Source: the human T2T-CHM13v2.0 reference genome, Homo sapiens
Reading direction: 5' to 3'
Length of the DNA stretch: 64,000 nt
Assembly: GCA_009914755.4 (NCBI GenBank)
Contig: CP068257.2
Span: forward strand, 29,120,001 to 29,184,000
Positions within the stretch are counted from its first letter, which is position 1; the number at the start of each line of letters is the position of its first letter. A program made the translations under genes and the position numbers. Of this stretch, positions 25,261 to 40,832 are shown one piece after another. The notes below the pieces were generated by a model. That model was given only the letters and a program-made list of their open reading frames with translations, made no database searches and was not told the origin of the DNA.

Positions 25261-28095
25261 ATATGAAAAGCATTGAGAACAGTGTCTGAAAATGACAATT
25301 ATTATTACATTATTAAATGTAAGCTGTGGTTATTATTGTATATATTAAAACCAATTACATTCACAGAGAGAGAGAAGAACAACATGCCCTATGGCCTATG
25401 GCACTTCAGAAATAAAACAAATATGACACAGAAAACCAACTAACACAGTATTATTTGATTATATATAGCGTTAAGGATGGAAAATGTTAATAGGGACCTT
25501 TGGGATTGTGAAACTTTTAGGAGGAAATAGTTATTAGCTTTGCTACATATTACCTGAGGCAAAATGTATGCTAATAGCCCATTGAAATGTTAATATTTAG
25601 ATGTGAATATTAGTTTTAGTTTAACAGTCATGGAATACAAATAGGATGCATTTAGAAAATTCTGGGGATAAGATAGATATAAACAAGTTACTATTAATAA
25701 GAATAAGGTAATTTTCACTAAGTACTTTATATATTATTTTTGAAAAGAAAAAGTAGAATACTAAAAAATACTTTTCCCCAGGTTTATGAAAGCATTGTGG
25801 AAAGTGAAAAATAAAATTAATTCACTTTCCAGGATCTTTCTTTACAGAATGGCTTGATAGGCTGCCTACTAATGTTTCTAGAATCTTAAATATGGGAAGT
25901 AAAATGATTTTTTAGTAAATCATGTATTATATTTTAGATAGGTTTACCTAGTTCTATTAGCATTCACATAATTTTTCCTTTCCGTAATGGAAATAAGTGA
26001 TCAGTAGAATCTGTATTTGAGTAATTAATTATAAAAGCAATGGTAGATTTGAAATGATTAATCTTTATTTTTCCCCCTTAGAAATGGCAACATGTAGATT
26101 AAAGGTGGTTAACCTGGATTAGAAGACAAGTCATGGTCATAGAAGACATTACACTCAAGTCCCCCAAATCATGGGGCACACGCCCACAACCTCAGCATTA
26201 TTGAGAGAGCCACAGACAAGCATCACTAATTGGACCAGATGATTTTTACATCCCGTACTGCTCCAAAATTCTGAGTTCTCTCCAGCAGATATTTCAATTA
26301 GGCCAAAAAAAAAATACAGCAAAGTAAAAATGGTCACAATCATTTTATCAGAAAGTTCAGAAAATTCCAAAAAACTCCTAAGTTGATTTGCAGGTACCAA
26401 GTGAAAAAAGAAGAAACTTTCTACTTCCAGGTAGTATACAGATGATTAAGAAAGATCTTCCCTCCCATAACAACCACAAAATCTTGGACAAAAAAAAAAA
26501 TCACACTTCTCCATGGGCCTAATAAAGAACAGTAGATGATGTAAAGAATCCTAGTTGAACCGAATTCGAGAAAGAAATAAACCTTAAAAGAGGAAGCCAT
26601 GGGAGCTTTTATTGCTGAAGGCAGATGTCCACTTTGGATACAGGCAGATCAAATATAAAGAGAGAATTTAAGAATAATTATTACATATTTCAAATATGAA
26701 AAAGAAGCCAGTCTCTTTCACTACTTTCGCTCTTTTGAGAGTCTGATTTCACCTCAACTCCTCAACGTCCTTGTGTTCTGATTTCCGTGGCTAAAGCCAG
26801 CTTAACACCTCCGAATGGGTACTGTTAAGCTACAAGGGAAGAAAACACATTCCAATTCAATCATCCAACACATGAACATCACAATCTCTTTTATTCAGAG
26901 CCAGTACTACCTTCTTTTAATCTACAGCTGACATCACTATGATACTTTGCTCTAGAGGCTGTAACTGACAACATATAAAATGTAATAGCAGCCAGGTAGA
27001 GCATTACAGTTCTTGAAATGAAAGGAGATTTGCCATAATAGAAATTCAATTGCCATATGCTGCATCAGCTATAAGTAGCATGTTGGAACACAGCATGCTG
27101 TGTTTCAAAACACACCTTATCTTAACACTCAACACCTGAGGCAAAGGCGCATTCAAAATGTATGTCTTTGCAGAGAGACAAGTAATAAAACAGCATCTTA
27201 CATTTTATAGTGTTTTACAGTTTGCAAAGTGTTTTCATGTATATAATCTAGTATGGCAATAAAAAATTATGAATTCTGTCTTACAGAAAAGAAAACCAAG
27301 GTTTAGAGACACTAAATTACTTGCAGATGGTTACTGAAATTGTAAATAGAGGGACAAATTGCGCTAAAGTTTCCTTGTTCTAAATATAGGGCTCTTTCTA
27401 CAGTCGCACAAGACCACATTCTTTCAAATAGTTAATATCATAGAAAAGACATGCTGAATTATATAATCAAAACTTCTGGTTTTTCATTATGGCTGTATAG
27501 TAACCACATGCATCAATAAACTCAAGTATACATTCATTCGTGCAATAAATATTAATTGAATATCTTTCATGGGTTAAGTCCTGGGAATGTAAAATAGTCC
27601 TTGCCCTCAAGAATCATGCATTTGACAATAAACATGTAAGTAATCAATTCCAAGATACTGTAACAAGGAGAACACAGAGACTGGCACTAAGGGAAGCTTG
27701 AAGTTTCTAGGAAGTTCCAAGAGGATGAGTAAAACTTCATGAGACAAAGAATCAAGGAAAATATTCCAAGGAGAAAGAAAAAGGGTATGAGGGTGAAAAT
27801 ACGGAAAGGCATGATAGAGTTAGGGTGCAGCAGGTATTTTGACACCAAGTGCCCGGAATTCTGTCTTTGGACGACTTTGCCTTTCTGTCTGCATTCACTT
27901 AGTGATATCATCTGGTCTCATGAATTTAAGTACTTATATATGTTGCTGGCAACTACCAAATTTGTAACTCTGGCCCAGGTGCCTTCCAAGACTCATGTCC
28001 ATCTGCCTGATCGACATCTCCAGTTGGATTCTTGATGAGCATCTCGAACATAAAAGCTTCAAAATTGATCTCCTCATTTTGCCCCTCAGATGCAC

Positions 28096-28383
28096 TTTTT
28101 TTTTCTTTTTTTGAGACAGTGTCTCATTTTGTCACCCAGGCTGGAGTGCAGCGGCTCACTGCAACTTCCACCTCCCAGGTTCAAATGATTTTCCTGCCTC
28201 AGCCTCCCGAATAGCTGGGACTACAGACATGCACCACCATGCCTGGCTAATTTTTGTATTTTTAGTAGAGACAGGGATTTCACCAGTTAGCCAGGCTGGT
28301 CTCGAACTCCAGACCTCAGGTGATCCGCCCGCCTCGGCCTCCCAACGTGCTGGGTTTACAGGCCTGAGCTACAGCACCTGGCC
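28096..28383 (-). mobile_element. Alu SINE, antisense
   Basis: ttttttttctttttttgagacagtgtctcattttgtcacccaggctggagtgcagcggctcactgcaac...ggcctgagctacagcacctggccc. ORF 28229..28540 is Alu translation. Confidence 0.9.
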
Positions 28384-29355
28384 CACAGATGCACGTCTTT
28401 TGCAGTTTGTTTTACTTCCATTTAAGACTGTCCTATCTTTTCTGTCATTCAGCCTAAATCTTGGAATCACCCTTAACACTTCACTTATGTTTATACCTCA
28501 CACCCTATCATTCAGCAAAACTAGTAAACTCTACCTTTGAAATAGCTCATCATTTTGATTGCCATCACCAGCAGCTAATTGCAAATGGCTTTTAGCTGGC
28601 CTTTCTGCTTCTACTCTTGTCCATTCCTGCTCCCCAGCAGGATAATATCAACATACTACCCAGAGAGAGCTTGTTAAGACAGAAGCCAGACTGTGTCACT
28701 CCTCTGCTCCAGACCCTGCAAAAGAATCTCATCTAGAATAAAAGCTAAAACTTTTAACTTAGGTTCTCTGACCTCATCTCCTGCCACCTACTTATCCACC
28801 ACCTTCCCTGCCTGCTAGCCACACTGCATCTTTCTTCTTCTATACAAAATAGAGTCCAGCCATTGCACTCGCTGTTCACTCTGCCCCCAATGTTTTCCCC
28901 TGATAAACATAAGTCACACTTTATCCTCCTTCAAGGTTCGCTTCAGTGCCGTATTCTCAAAGAGAACTTCATTGATCATCTTATTTAAATTTTAGCACCC
29001 TTCCTGGTGCTCCCTATCACACTTCGTTTCTTTTTCTCCAAAGCCCTTTTCATCATTAGACATTAAATTTATTATTTGTTTAAGCTCTCCAAAGCTAAAT
29101 GTAAATTCCAAACATGCTGTGATTTTTGTCTAGAATAGTAATCAGCAGAGAGTACATTCTTGAAACTTATTTGTTAAATGAATGAATTTAGTTGGTCAAC
29201 GTGGTGTACGGCAAAGTTTCACAAGGGATGAAATGTGAAAGCTAAGCCATATTCACAAAATGATGTGATTTACATATGGGGTGTTCATCCTTCCTGGTTT
29301 ACCAGAGACAGTTTCTGTTGTTCTCTTGTAAGTACTCAATTAATAGAGTTTCCAC

Positions 29356-29647
<292 letters not shown>

Positions 29648-30689
29648 CTATGTATATGGTATGCTAGGAAATTTGGACTCTTTCTCACAAGCAGTGGGAA
29701 GCCATCAGAAGCACAGGTGAATGGCATAAGTGAGTACGTGTTTTGAAAAGATAATTCTGTATCAACAAAACCAATGAAACTGAATGGAGAGGGATTGGTG
29801 ATTGGGAAAATGGTTAGAAAGCCAATAAATAACTTGTACGGTGGAGAGTATTCCAAACTATGTGACAGACAGTGAACATTGAGATGAAGTGGACATTTTG
29901 AGATGGACAAATGGAAAAACTGTCAGCAGAATTTGGGAATTAATACCATTAAGGAGATATCATAGGTCAAGGCTGGTTGTACGATTTTTAGCCCGAGTGA
30001 TGGTGCAGATCAGGAAGTTGTTTATCCAAAGTCATGGACACAAGAAAATGATCAAGATTGAGAAAGAAAATGTTAAACCCAGCTGAGATATAAGTTTGAG
30101 GCATATCTGTGTACACTTAGAAGACAGTTCAGCAAATAAAGAAGCAAAACAATCTGAATAGAGAAAATAAATTTAATGTCAGAAAAGAGAGATTTAGGAC
30201 TTATCAGTGCATATTTGAGAGTTTAAAACATCTTGGTCTATGTCCTATTGCATACATTAAGTGATTTTAATGAAGACAAAAAAACTTGCACATTTACATT
30301 CAGTTAATCACTATTATATACTGGAGGTAAGATACTGTTATGCATTTTTGGGACATTTATCCAGCCTCATATGAGTAATATCTTCAACAGTCTTTTCCAA
30401 ATGAATATTGGATACTGCCAATCCATTTTAAAACTCTGTTTAAATACCTTTTACTTGTATATGTTTAAGGTGTAAAACTTGATGATTATACACACACACT
30501 TTGAAATAATTACTACAAGCAAGTTATTTAACATATATATTACCTTGCCTAGTTATTTGGTGGGGCTGGCACCTAAGAAGACTTAGAATTGCCCTCAATA
30601 AATTTCAAGTATATAGGACAGTGTTGTTACCTGTGATAAGCATTAGATCTCCAGAACTCATTTATCTTACTATCTTACATAACTGAGAC

Positions 30690-32170
30690 TTTGTACCCCG
30701 TTCACTAACATCCTTCCATATACCTCTTCCCTCTCGCCTGGTAACACCTTTCTACTCTCTGCTTCTATGAGTTTAACTATTTTTGATTCCACATATAAAT
30801 GAGATTATGCAGTATTCCTTTTTGTGCCTGGATTATTTCTTTTAGGAAAATGTCCTCTAGGTCCATTCATGTTCTCATGAGTGGAAGGGTCTCCTTTTTC
30901 AGCTAAATACTATTCCATTTTATGCATATACTGCATTTTCTGTATCTCTTTATCTGTAGATGGATATGTAGCTTGTTTCTGTATTTTGACTATGGTGAAT
31001 AATGCTGCAATGACATTGGAGTGTAAATGTCCTTTGGGATTCTGATTTCAATTCCTTTGGATTCATACCCAGAAGTAGGATTTCTGAGTTGCATGGTAGC
31101 TCTGTTTTTAATTTTTTTAGAAACTTCCATAGTATTTTCCATAATGGCAGTACCAATCTGCATCCCCATCAACAGTGTAAAAGGGTTCCCTTTTCTTCAT
31201 ATTTTTGCCAATGCTTGTTATCTTTCAATTTTTCAAATATAGTCCTCCTAACAGGTGTAAGGCGATATCTAATTATGGTTTTAATTTGTTATTTTCCTGA
31301 AGATTAATAAAGTTGAGTATTTTGTCATATACCTGTCGGTCATCTGTGTGTCTTCTTTGGAAAAATAGCCATTCAGGTCCTTTGCACATTTTGTAATCAA
31401 GTTATTTGATACTTTTTGCTATTAAGTTGTAAGAGTTCCCTATTATATATTTTTAATATTAACACCTTATCAGATATTTGATTTATAAATATTTTCTCTC
31501 ATTTCATAGGTTACTTTTTACCTTGTTGGTTGCTTCCTTTGCTATGCAGAAGCTTTTAAATTTGATGTAGCCCCACTTATTTATTTTTGCTTTTGTTGCC
31601 TGTGTTTTTGGTGTCATATCCTCAAATCTGCTGTCAAGACCAATGTCAAGAAGATTTTCCCCTATGTTTTATTCTAGGAGTTTTACAGTTTCAGGTTTTA
31701 CATTTAAGTCTTTAAACCATTTTTAGTAGATTTTTTATATGATGTAAGATAAGGGTCCAGTTTCATTATTTTGCATGTGGTTATCCAGTTTCCCCAACAA
31801 CATTTATTAAAGAGACTATCTTTTCCCTACCATGTATTCTTGGGACGCTTGTTGAACATTAGTTGACCGTATATGAATGGGCTTATTTCTAGACTCTCTT
31901 TTGTAACGTTGGTATATGTGTCTGCGGGTAAAGGGAAACTGTTCCTGCTTCCCCTCTTTGATGCACCTATCCTTGGATTTTTCTGGAATCTCTCCATCTC
32001 TCCACTGAACTCCTTGGTTCCCAGGGAAGTATTCCTGCCCAAGCATGGTTGTGAAAATTGTTGTTTCTGTGGAGGGTTGAGGGATGGAATCTCTTACTCT
32101 ACCATCTTGCTTACATCCTGCCAATGCATATTTTATTTGGGCACAAATTCTCCTTCTTGAAGACATTTGA
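30690..32170 (+). mobile_element. L1 LINE fragment, ORF2 3' region, sense orientation, old diverged L1 family
   Basis: Collinear with the L1 ORF2 consensus: ctactctctgcttctatgagtttaactatttttgattccacatataaatgagattatgcagtattc...catccccatcaacagtgtaaaagggttccc...taacaggtgtaaggcgatatctaattatggttttaatttg...catttattaaagagactatcttttccc. ORFs 30950..32166 on both strands are degenerate L1 translations. Confidence 0.8.
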
Positions 32171-33082
32171 TTATTCTTTTTTAGCTCATTTGGTTCATCC
32201 TTAACATGTTTGTATTAGATTTAAATTAGCATAATGGCATATAGTAAAATCTACTGTAAAAAAAAGTAAGCAATATTGCTTACAGAGTCACTAAACTGAA
32301 CACCTGCAAAACTAAGTAAATATTCACTGCCAATCCATGTTAGTGAGAAGCTAAGTACTTTTCTGCTAGCTCTGACAAAGTACCGTACTGGAGATTATGC
32401 ACTGCCACCAAGTTATTAAGCTTCTCTTCCTCTCTAACAGAACCTAAGGAAAAAGCCTTTCCTCTCCAACTTCCGACTTGAAGATGTGGTCACTGGCATT
32501 GATGCCCTTGTGCTGAAGTGATCTCATAAATTGAAACTTAAGATGATGCTTTCTGAATGTTTTTAGAGATGAACTTAACATTTCTGTCCTCACGTTTATA
32601 TTAAATTAATTCATAACATCTTTGTTATTTTAAAATATAGGTTTTGTTACTATTTAGAGACGGTTAGGACAATAGATCAGGAGACAATGGCCACTGAAAA
32701 GACAGTTTGTTATCCACATGGATCCCAAGATGAGGAGGCATGCCACACCCAAGGGAGTTACCTAGAGGAGGGCTAGAGTCAATCAAAAAGCAGAGGCAGA
32801 AGAGGAAAACGTGAAAAAGAACCTTCGCTGTGGCTTCTGTGCGAGGCAGGGTAAGCAGGGATTGGCAAGTTTGGATCATTTCAGTGGGCTCTGGGGCATA
32901 GGCGCTGTCCCTACTTGTCTGGGGCCTGGCCCAGGGGTTATTTGAGCAGGTGGATAATGGCCCAGAGTGTGAGACCCCAATAAAGGAGGTGGCTGGGGGT
33001 GTGCATTCTGAATTGGCTGCTTTGCATTTGAAACGTACACTCACTGGTGGTTTGTTTACTACCTCTAGAAACTGGCTAACTT

Positions 33083-33431
<349 letters not shown>

Positions 33432-34797
33432 TCAAAGCACCAGAATACAGAAAATAAAAGACACGGTTAATACATTTACATGTACTTGTTGCTTCATTCA
33501 ATTACTAACAAAAATTTGTCTTTCAACATTGAGTGGTGATGGAGCAACATTCTTGACTTTCAAGGTAAATTATTTATAAAGCATCTATACCTCAGTTTCA
33601 TTGCATGCACACTAAACTGAGCATCTCCTCTAGAAGAAAATGACAGGAAGCAGATATAATGAAAGAAATACATCCATGAATTTGGTTACTTTAGTAGCAG
33701 ATTCCAGCAAGTGAATTAAAAATCTGCAAGCAATCGGATATCCTGTTATGTTGGTATTATCTACAAAGCGCAATATTAATATTTTAAAGCACCATTTAAC
33801 ATGTTATAAATGTTATATATTATAAATGCTATATGCATAAACGCACTTACATTTAAAAATGCTCCATCTTATTTGGAGCATCTTAGATAAGCACATAGCA
33901 AAGAATCTCCAAAATTCTCTTTATGTCATATCGTTTGTTCTTGGCCAAAGAATAAAATGATTTTTAATTAGCTCGCTATTTCTCTGATTATGGACAATAA
34001 TTCTGTTATTCTACTAGTGCTGTAATTATGCCCTGAACACAAAACTGAAGAATGAGAAGAGAAATCATAATGCACATAATTACCAAATGACTCATGGCCT
34101 CCATCATCTTTCCTCCATTGTCACTTGCAATTGCAATCACTTTTCCTTGCTGAGTTTCCTTTCTGCAAATATATGTTGCCACCAGATTCACAATGTTGCT
34201 CATCATGTGAGTTGTAGAGATTTATCAGCAAAGGAGTAAATAAAATCATGATAAGTTTCATCATTAACTCAGCATTTTATCAAATTAAAAAAAATTTTAT
34301 TGTTTCTGTATGTATGCAATATACACTGTTCCTAATGTACACAATACAGGAATAGCATATTTAGTTATATTGTTAATCCTTTGGCAAACAGAATATAATT
34401 CAGGAAAAAAAATTTAAGTAAAATTAAAATATAAATATACTCTAGAAGAAAATCTGTGCTTCAGGGTCATACCTAAGGAAATCTCCTGAGAGCTTGTTGG
34501 AAAAGAGGAATCTCAGGCTCCAGTCCAGATCCAGTGAATCCAATTTGGTTTTTAACAAAAACCTGATTTGAACATAATTTGAATCCACCTTAAAGTTCGT
34601 GAAACATTGATTTAGATAGCATAAGCTCTCCTAATAGTTGGATCACTCCTCAATGTAGGCATCTCTTTAAATACGTATCTGTTCTTAATAATTTTAATTC
34701 AAAAATCACAGTTGTCACTAATTACTGTGGCATATTTCTCTTATGATCATGAATACTCCAATTAGCAGATTAGCATTTCAATATATAAAAGCATGAA

Positions 34798-35138
<341 letters not shown>

Positions 35139-35854
35139 TTATATTTGAAAGTGAATGTTCAGATAATAACTATAAATTGTAACAACATTCTTTGTAAAAC
35201 TGACATTGTCACACTGCTTGGAACCATCATATGACCAGGAATAATGAAAAGATCAGAGATATCAAGAATAAGATTGGAGTTGACATGAGGTCCTTCAGAA
35301 TTCCAGAAGCTGAAGCCAAAGTAAATGTTAAATTTATTCTGTGTATACCTAGTCAATACATTATCTTCCTTTTTCTGTTAATTTTTATCATAAAACAGAG
35401 CATCTGCTTATGTAAGAGTGCAGAATAACATGTTCCCAAAGTACAATCTAGAAAACGCTGCAGCTTTCGGCCAGGAAGAATTCCGTCATCCAGATACAGA
35501 TATGTCCTTTTTTTTCTGTGAAATTCGTAAGTATAAACTTAACAATGATTCACCATTAAATAAAATTACGAATCTATGGCCATTCTCATAATTGTTTCTG
35601 CCTATTAGTCATACCTCTCTAGGGCATTATGAGATGCCCAAAAATAAATGGGTTTATTCGAATATATTTTGTTCAAAACTACTGGTAAAAACAACCTTAA
35701 ACTACATAGTTGCCAATTTTATGGGGAGTAGGGTGGTGCCTGTTTTGTCTAATTCTGTCTCCTTGAGCAGGGTCTAAATTAGAGGGTAATAGGACTACTT
35801 AATAGTCAATTGATGAGTCTCAACAAAGTTTTTTTTGGCATTATCTTAGTCAAT

Positions 35855-36215
35855 TTGGCCCGCTATAACAAAGTACCATACACTGGGTGACTTATGACTA
35901 ATAGAAATTTATCTCTCACAGTTCTCGAGGCTGAAAATCTGAGATCAGGGTGCCAGCATGGTTGGGTTCCGGTGTGGACCCCCTTCCGGAGTGTGGACCA
36001 CAGTCTTCCCATTGTATCTTCACACAGTGGAAAGAGGGTATGACTTCTCTAGAGTCCCTTTTATAAAGGCAACAATCTCATTCATGAGAGCTTCACCATC
36101 TTGACCTAATCACCTCCCAAAGGAGGTCCCATCTCCTAATATCACCACATTGGGGGTTAAGATTTCAACATATAAGTTCTGTGGGGATACAAATATTTAG
36201 TCCATTGCAGGCAGA
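35855..36215 (-). mobile_element. MaLR (ERVL-MaLR, MST/THE1/MLT-type) LTR, antisense
   Basis: gctataacaaagtaccatacactgggtgacttatgactaatagaaatttatctctcacagttctcgaggctgaaaatctgagatcagggtgccagcatggttggg...cacctcccaaaggaggtcccatctcctaatatcaccacattgggggttaagatttcaacatataagttctgtggggatacaaatatttagtc is the reverse complement of the canonical MaLR LTR layout. Confidence 0.75.
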
Positions 36216-37180
36216 ATTCTCAGAAATTATGTAGCCATATACTGAATAAATAGGTAATGGGTTATTTTGCCAACTTTACTTTCAACGAAATTGAATGATA
36301 ATTGCATTTCAATTAATAGATCATTTAAAATAATTTTGTTGTTAGATAATTATTTACTTTTGGCTTACACCTCAGGAGAGGTCAAACAATCAAGCACAAT
36401 TGCTGTAACAAAAATTCCTCCATTTTGTCTGCTTACCTGTAGAAACAAGGCCGCCGATGTTTTCTATCTAGAGATCTAAAGCTAGGAGTAGGACTGATGC
36501 TGAAATTTATCTCATTCTAGCAAAGAATAGTTGTTCAAGAATCTGTGAAATAGTAAATTTTAAATAAAAAGCTATCTATTTTTGTCTCATCATTGAGCTA
36601 TATATCAATTTTTATTAATATTTTAGTAACTATTGTATTTGTAATATTTTTATGACACTCTGATGCATGATGCATTATGCTACATTTTATCGAATCTAAA
36701 CTCCACCAAATGTGTAGCATGCAATTATTTTATTCACCATTAAGGAAATTCAATGGTACACATTAGGCCTTTAGATTTGTTTGTCCCCCATATCCTCTAC
36801 TTTATACCTCTGACCTACTTCTCCCCATTTCCTCTATCCCTCTTCTGTGGTAACAATTAATGAGGAATATAGCTAATAAAATTGTACTGTACTTGGAATT
36901 TCTGCTAAATGATTAGATTTTAGTTGTTCTTGCCACCAAAAAAAGGATATTTTTGTCAGATGATGGCTATGTTAATTTGCTTCACTGTAGTACCATTTTA
37001 CTCTCTCCATGTATCCCATAACATTACATTGTATACCTCAAATACACACAATAAAATTTTTAAAAAAGAAAATGCAGTGGCACACATCACTTGTTAAATG
37101 CACACAATTTCCAAAATATTAAAATGTGAAAACATATGCACCTAAATATCAATGAAATGTAGTAATAATTATGATAACTG

Positions 37181-37555
37181 CTATGGGCTGAATTGTGTCT
37201 CCTGCCAAAATTCACATGTTAAAGGCTTAACCCTCAATACTATTATCATTGGAGAGAGGCCCTGTAATGAGGTAATTAGGGTTAAATGAGGCCATAAAGA
37301 CAAACGTGGGGGCCCGGATTTCATAGAATACTGGGTTGTGCTCTCTCTCGCTCTGTCTCTCTCTCCCTTTGCCATGTGGGGACACAGCAAGAAGATGGCC
37401 ATCTACAAGCCAAGATAAGAGGTCTCAGAATGAAACCTACCTTGCCAGCACCTTGATCTTGGACTTCCCAGCCTCCAGAATGGTAAGAAATAAATTTCTG
37501 TTGTTTAAGCCACCGAGCCTGTGAAATTTTGTTACGGTAGCCTTAGCTGACTGAA
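37181..37555 (+). mobile_element. MaLR-type LTR, sense, roughly 370 bp
   Basis: Starts tgtgtctcctgccaaaattcacatgttaaaggcttaaccctcaatact..., has gacacagcaagaagatggccatctacaagccaag internally, and ends ...taagaaataaatttctgttgtttaagccaccgagcctgtgaaattttgttacggtagcc. These are the classic MaLR LTR landmarks. Confidence 0.75.
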
Positions 37556-37927
37556 CAACAATCTAATCCAAAAGGACAATTTTAAGACATAGCTTTGTGG
37601 GAACAGGAAATAAAATTTATTAATAAATAAAGTTGTATGGAAAAATACATTATAAATTTATAATTGTATCTTTATGTGAATATTTTTGAGAAGATGCACG
37701 ATAGAGTAGTTAATAAAATACTTATAAAAATATATTTCATTAGTAAAATACTCTATGGGAAAAGGACAATGGAAAGATAAGTTCAAGGAAGAAAAAAGAT
37801 GCAGATTTCTTTTAAGATCTTAAGGATTTTTCAATGAATAGTAGTGCACAGCAAATGGCTATTATACTTACATTTTACTGGTAGATTTTTAAAGTATGGT
37901 AATAATTTTATTTTAAAGTGACAATAT

Positions 37928-38225
37928 TGATACGGTTTGGCTCAGTCCCCAACCAAATCTCATACTGAATTATAATCCCCAGTGTTGGAGGTGGGAACAA
38001 GTGGGAGGCGATGGGACCTTCCCTTTCACTCTCTCTTCCCCGTTCCCCTTCCATATAAACCACACTTGCTTCCCAGTAGCCTTCCAGCATGATAGTAAGT
38101 TTCCCGAGGCCTCCCCTGAAACAGCAGCCTGTGTAGCCTGCAGAACTCTGAGCCAGTATAAACTCTTTTCTTTATAAAGTGCCCAGCTGCTAGTTTTTTA
38201 TAGCAGTGAGACAGCGGACTGATGC
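37928..38225 (+). mobile_element. MaLR (THE1/MST-like) LTR, sense, roughly 300 bp
   Basis: Starts tgatacggtttggctcagtccccaaccaaatctcatactgaattataatccccagtgttggaggtgggaac and ends ctcttttctttataaagtgcccagctgctagttttttatagcagtgagacagcggactgat. Compare the THE1 5' end tgatatggtttggctgtgtcccc and 3' end ctttataaattacccagtctc...tagcagcatgagaacggactaat. Confidence 0.8.
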
Positions 38226-40562
38226 CGACATTTGAAATATGCCAGAAATTATATTCTTTGCATCTAATTAAATATTAATTTCATATTTTAGATACTATCT
38301 TAAAGAAATAAGAGAAGGCATTTATGAGAAGGGTAGATATTATTAGTGTTCACCAATCTCATATTCTCTTATTGTAGGCACCCAAATGCCTTGTATTTGA
38401 TAGGGCCATTTGACAAATTCTGGCCAGTTATATATAAGGGAAAGAGATGTGTGCGTCTTTCAAACAGCGTTAGTGATTCTCTAGTTTCTCTTTCTTCCAC
38501 CGAAGACAAAGGAAGTCAGTCTTTTTGCAGATGATGCTGCCAGTACATGATGGGTCTCCAGCCCCCGGGATTCCTAAGTCACTTTTTAACAACACACCTC
38601 TGACATCCTGCAATGGGCATGTTACATTAATATGTAATAAATTCATGTTGGGAGAAGCCACTGAAATTTTAAGGTTGTCGGTTACCTCAGATGAACTTAG
38701 CCTGGGCTGATGCAGAAGGGGAATCCGTGAGGAAAAGGAAATGAGGACCATCATGATCATGGAACTCTGGGGAAGAGAAAATTTTTAAAGCTGTTTCCAT
38801 GTGTTTTACAGAGGAAAAAGTGACATGAGGTATGAGAAATAGTTAATGAATCTGATAAATTGGAATTTCTTTGATGATCTTACAGAAAAAGGTTTTCAGG
38901 GAAGTGTTGAAGGTTGATTCAGTTGCTATAAATTGAAGAGGGAGTAGGAAGTGAGGCGGTGGCAGTGTGAAATGCCATTTCAAGATTGTGGCTCTGAAGG
39001 GAGAAGTCGAGGGAGAAATTTAAAAGGGAGATGACATACTAAAAAATATTTTCTAGAAAATTGAGTGTCCGTCTGGCCTGAAATAACTCATATATATGCA
39101 ATTTGTGTAAATCCCAATGTACTTGTAGTCCAAATTACAAATAATACCGAGTAATGCACAATCTTTTATTTCTCACCAAATCTTTAATGTGTCTTTGTTT
39201 CTCTTCTCGACTAAGTCATCAGCTTCTAGAGAGAGAACAAAGGCAAAAATCGTATTCATGTATTTGTCTCACAGCAACTACAAGTAACTGGTATTTAGTA
39301 GAAGCCTGATAAATTTGATTCATTGACTAATTAATCATAATCTGTAACAATGTCTTGAAAATTAAATATAATAATATAAAGATTGTGGTTTATATATGCT
39401 TTTCTTATGAAGATTAATTAATAGCATATAAATACCATAAATTTTATAAGTAACATTATTCTTATTACCCCCAAAATTAACAGGATGTACTAAAAGGCCT
39501 TTATGTAATAGATATAATTATAACCTCTAAATGCACATGGTTTTTCCATTAATCAATTATGTCATCTGTAAACATTCAGGACCAAGTCAGAAAATATCAT
39601 CTGAAATGAACAATTATCTGGCTGCTACCCATAGCCCACTTGATGCTACATTTTAGGACAAGCAAGTATATGTTATTCATTTATTCCTCCAGTTACTCCA
39701 CAGTTGAAACAAGCTGAAAAATAAGAAGGCTAATAAGGACTTCACTCTTTTGCCATTGATAGTCACTGAATATAAGAAATATACTATTACAGACAATGAA
39801 TGTGTTCAGTGTTCTGGAGAATTTCTACTAATATTTAATCTCTGGATTCAAAGGAGAGGTGTTATATTATCTCAGGGCACAGGGATGCTCCTCTCTGGAC
39901 ACCATGTATGTCAAAATACTTTGGTGCTTCAACGGTGATAAAATGGAGAGGACTCTGAAAGAGTGACAATCCTGTCCTAAAACTAAAATCTGTACACAAA
40001 TTTGAATATCTTTAGAGAATATAAAATAAATCTGCCCAAATATGAATCTCTAAAAATCAAAACAATAAATAAGTCAAAGAGAGGGTAATTCAGGAAAGAA
40101 GTAAGCAAACACTTCTGATAAACTATTCGGGATCCAGCACTTAGATATAAACTCGGGACCCAAATTGAATAAAGAATGAAAAAATATATAACAATCACAG
40201 CAATACAACAAAGTACACCCAAAAAATCAGAAAGGAGAATCAGCTATTGCTATGCTAAGGAAAAGGTACTTATTTTTAAAACTCAACATAGAAAAACAGC
40301 TCCCAACTTTAACTGAAGTTAAATATGTGATGTCACCCAAGCATAATATTACATGAAAAGAAGAAATAGATCCCTAAAGGGAGAGTATCTGAGGAACTTC
40401 AATAAAAGTCATTCAATCCATTTTGAGGTAAAGTCAGTTCAATGCTAGCATTTGGATTCCCAGGTACAACAAAGAATAGAGACATTAGTTACCAAAAAAT
40501 AATATAATAACTGGAGCTGAGATGTGAGCTGAGCAAGTGGATGAGCTGATGGGTCATGGTGA

Positions 40563-40832
40563 TCAAGGTGTAGAAGTCCCCAGGTAAAAAATGGTAGAGT
40601 GCAGATGGCCAATATCTTCCTCAGCAAGCTGGGCTTCTACATTATCAGCCAAAAGCAGAAACACATCCACAGCTATATCCAAGTCATTGGAAACATCTAC
40701 ATTCGCACCCATACCCATAGCCAGAGCCACAGCTGCAACCCAGTCTCCAGAGAGACCATATTCAAATGAGTCCAAAAGTTGAGAAGATCCTGAGGGGTAC
40801 CAGCCAGAATAGCAATTATTATAATGCATCAA
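40563..40832 (-). pseudogene. KRTAP8-like HGT-KRTAP pseudogene, frame-shifted. It has an intact ATG but the Gly/Tyr/Cys-rich frame is lost after about 30 codons.
   Basis: Reading frame 1 gives MMHYNNCYSGWYPSGSSQLLDSFEYGLSGDWVAAVALAMGMG.... A +1 shift gives GCSCGSGYGYGCECRCFQ*. The 3' end gaggaagatattggccatctgcactctaccatt aligns to the KRTAP8-1 C-terminus aggagatactcgccatttgctctctactga. It is paralogous to the copy at 49863..50021. Confidence 0.65.

Noticed and set aside
30950-32166. ORFs of 60-116 aa on both strands at 30950..32166
   Set aside because: They lie entirely within a degenerate L1 ORF2 fragment and are random open stretches in AT-rich repeat DNA.
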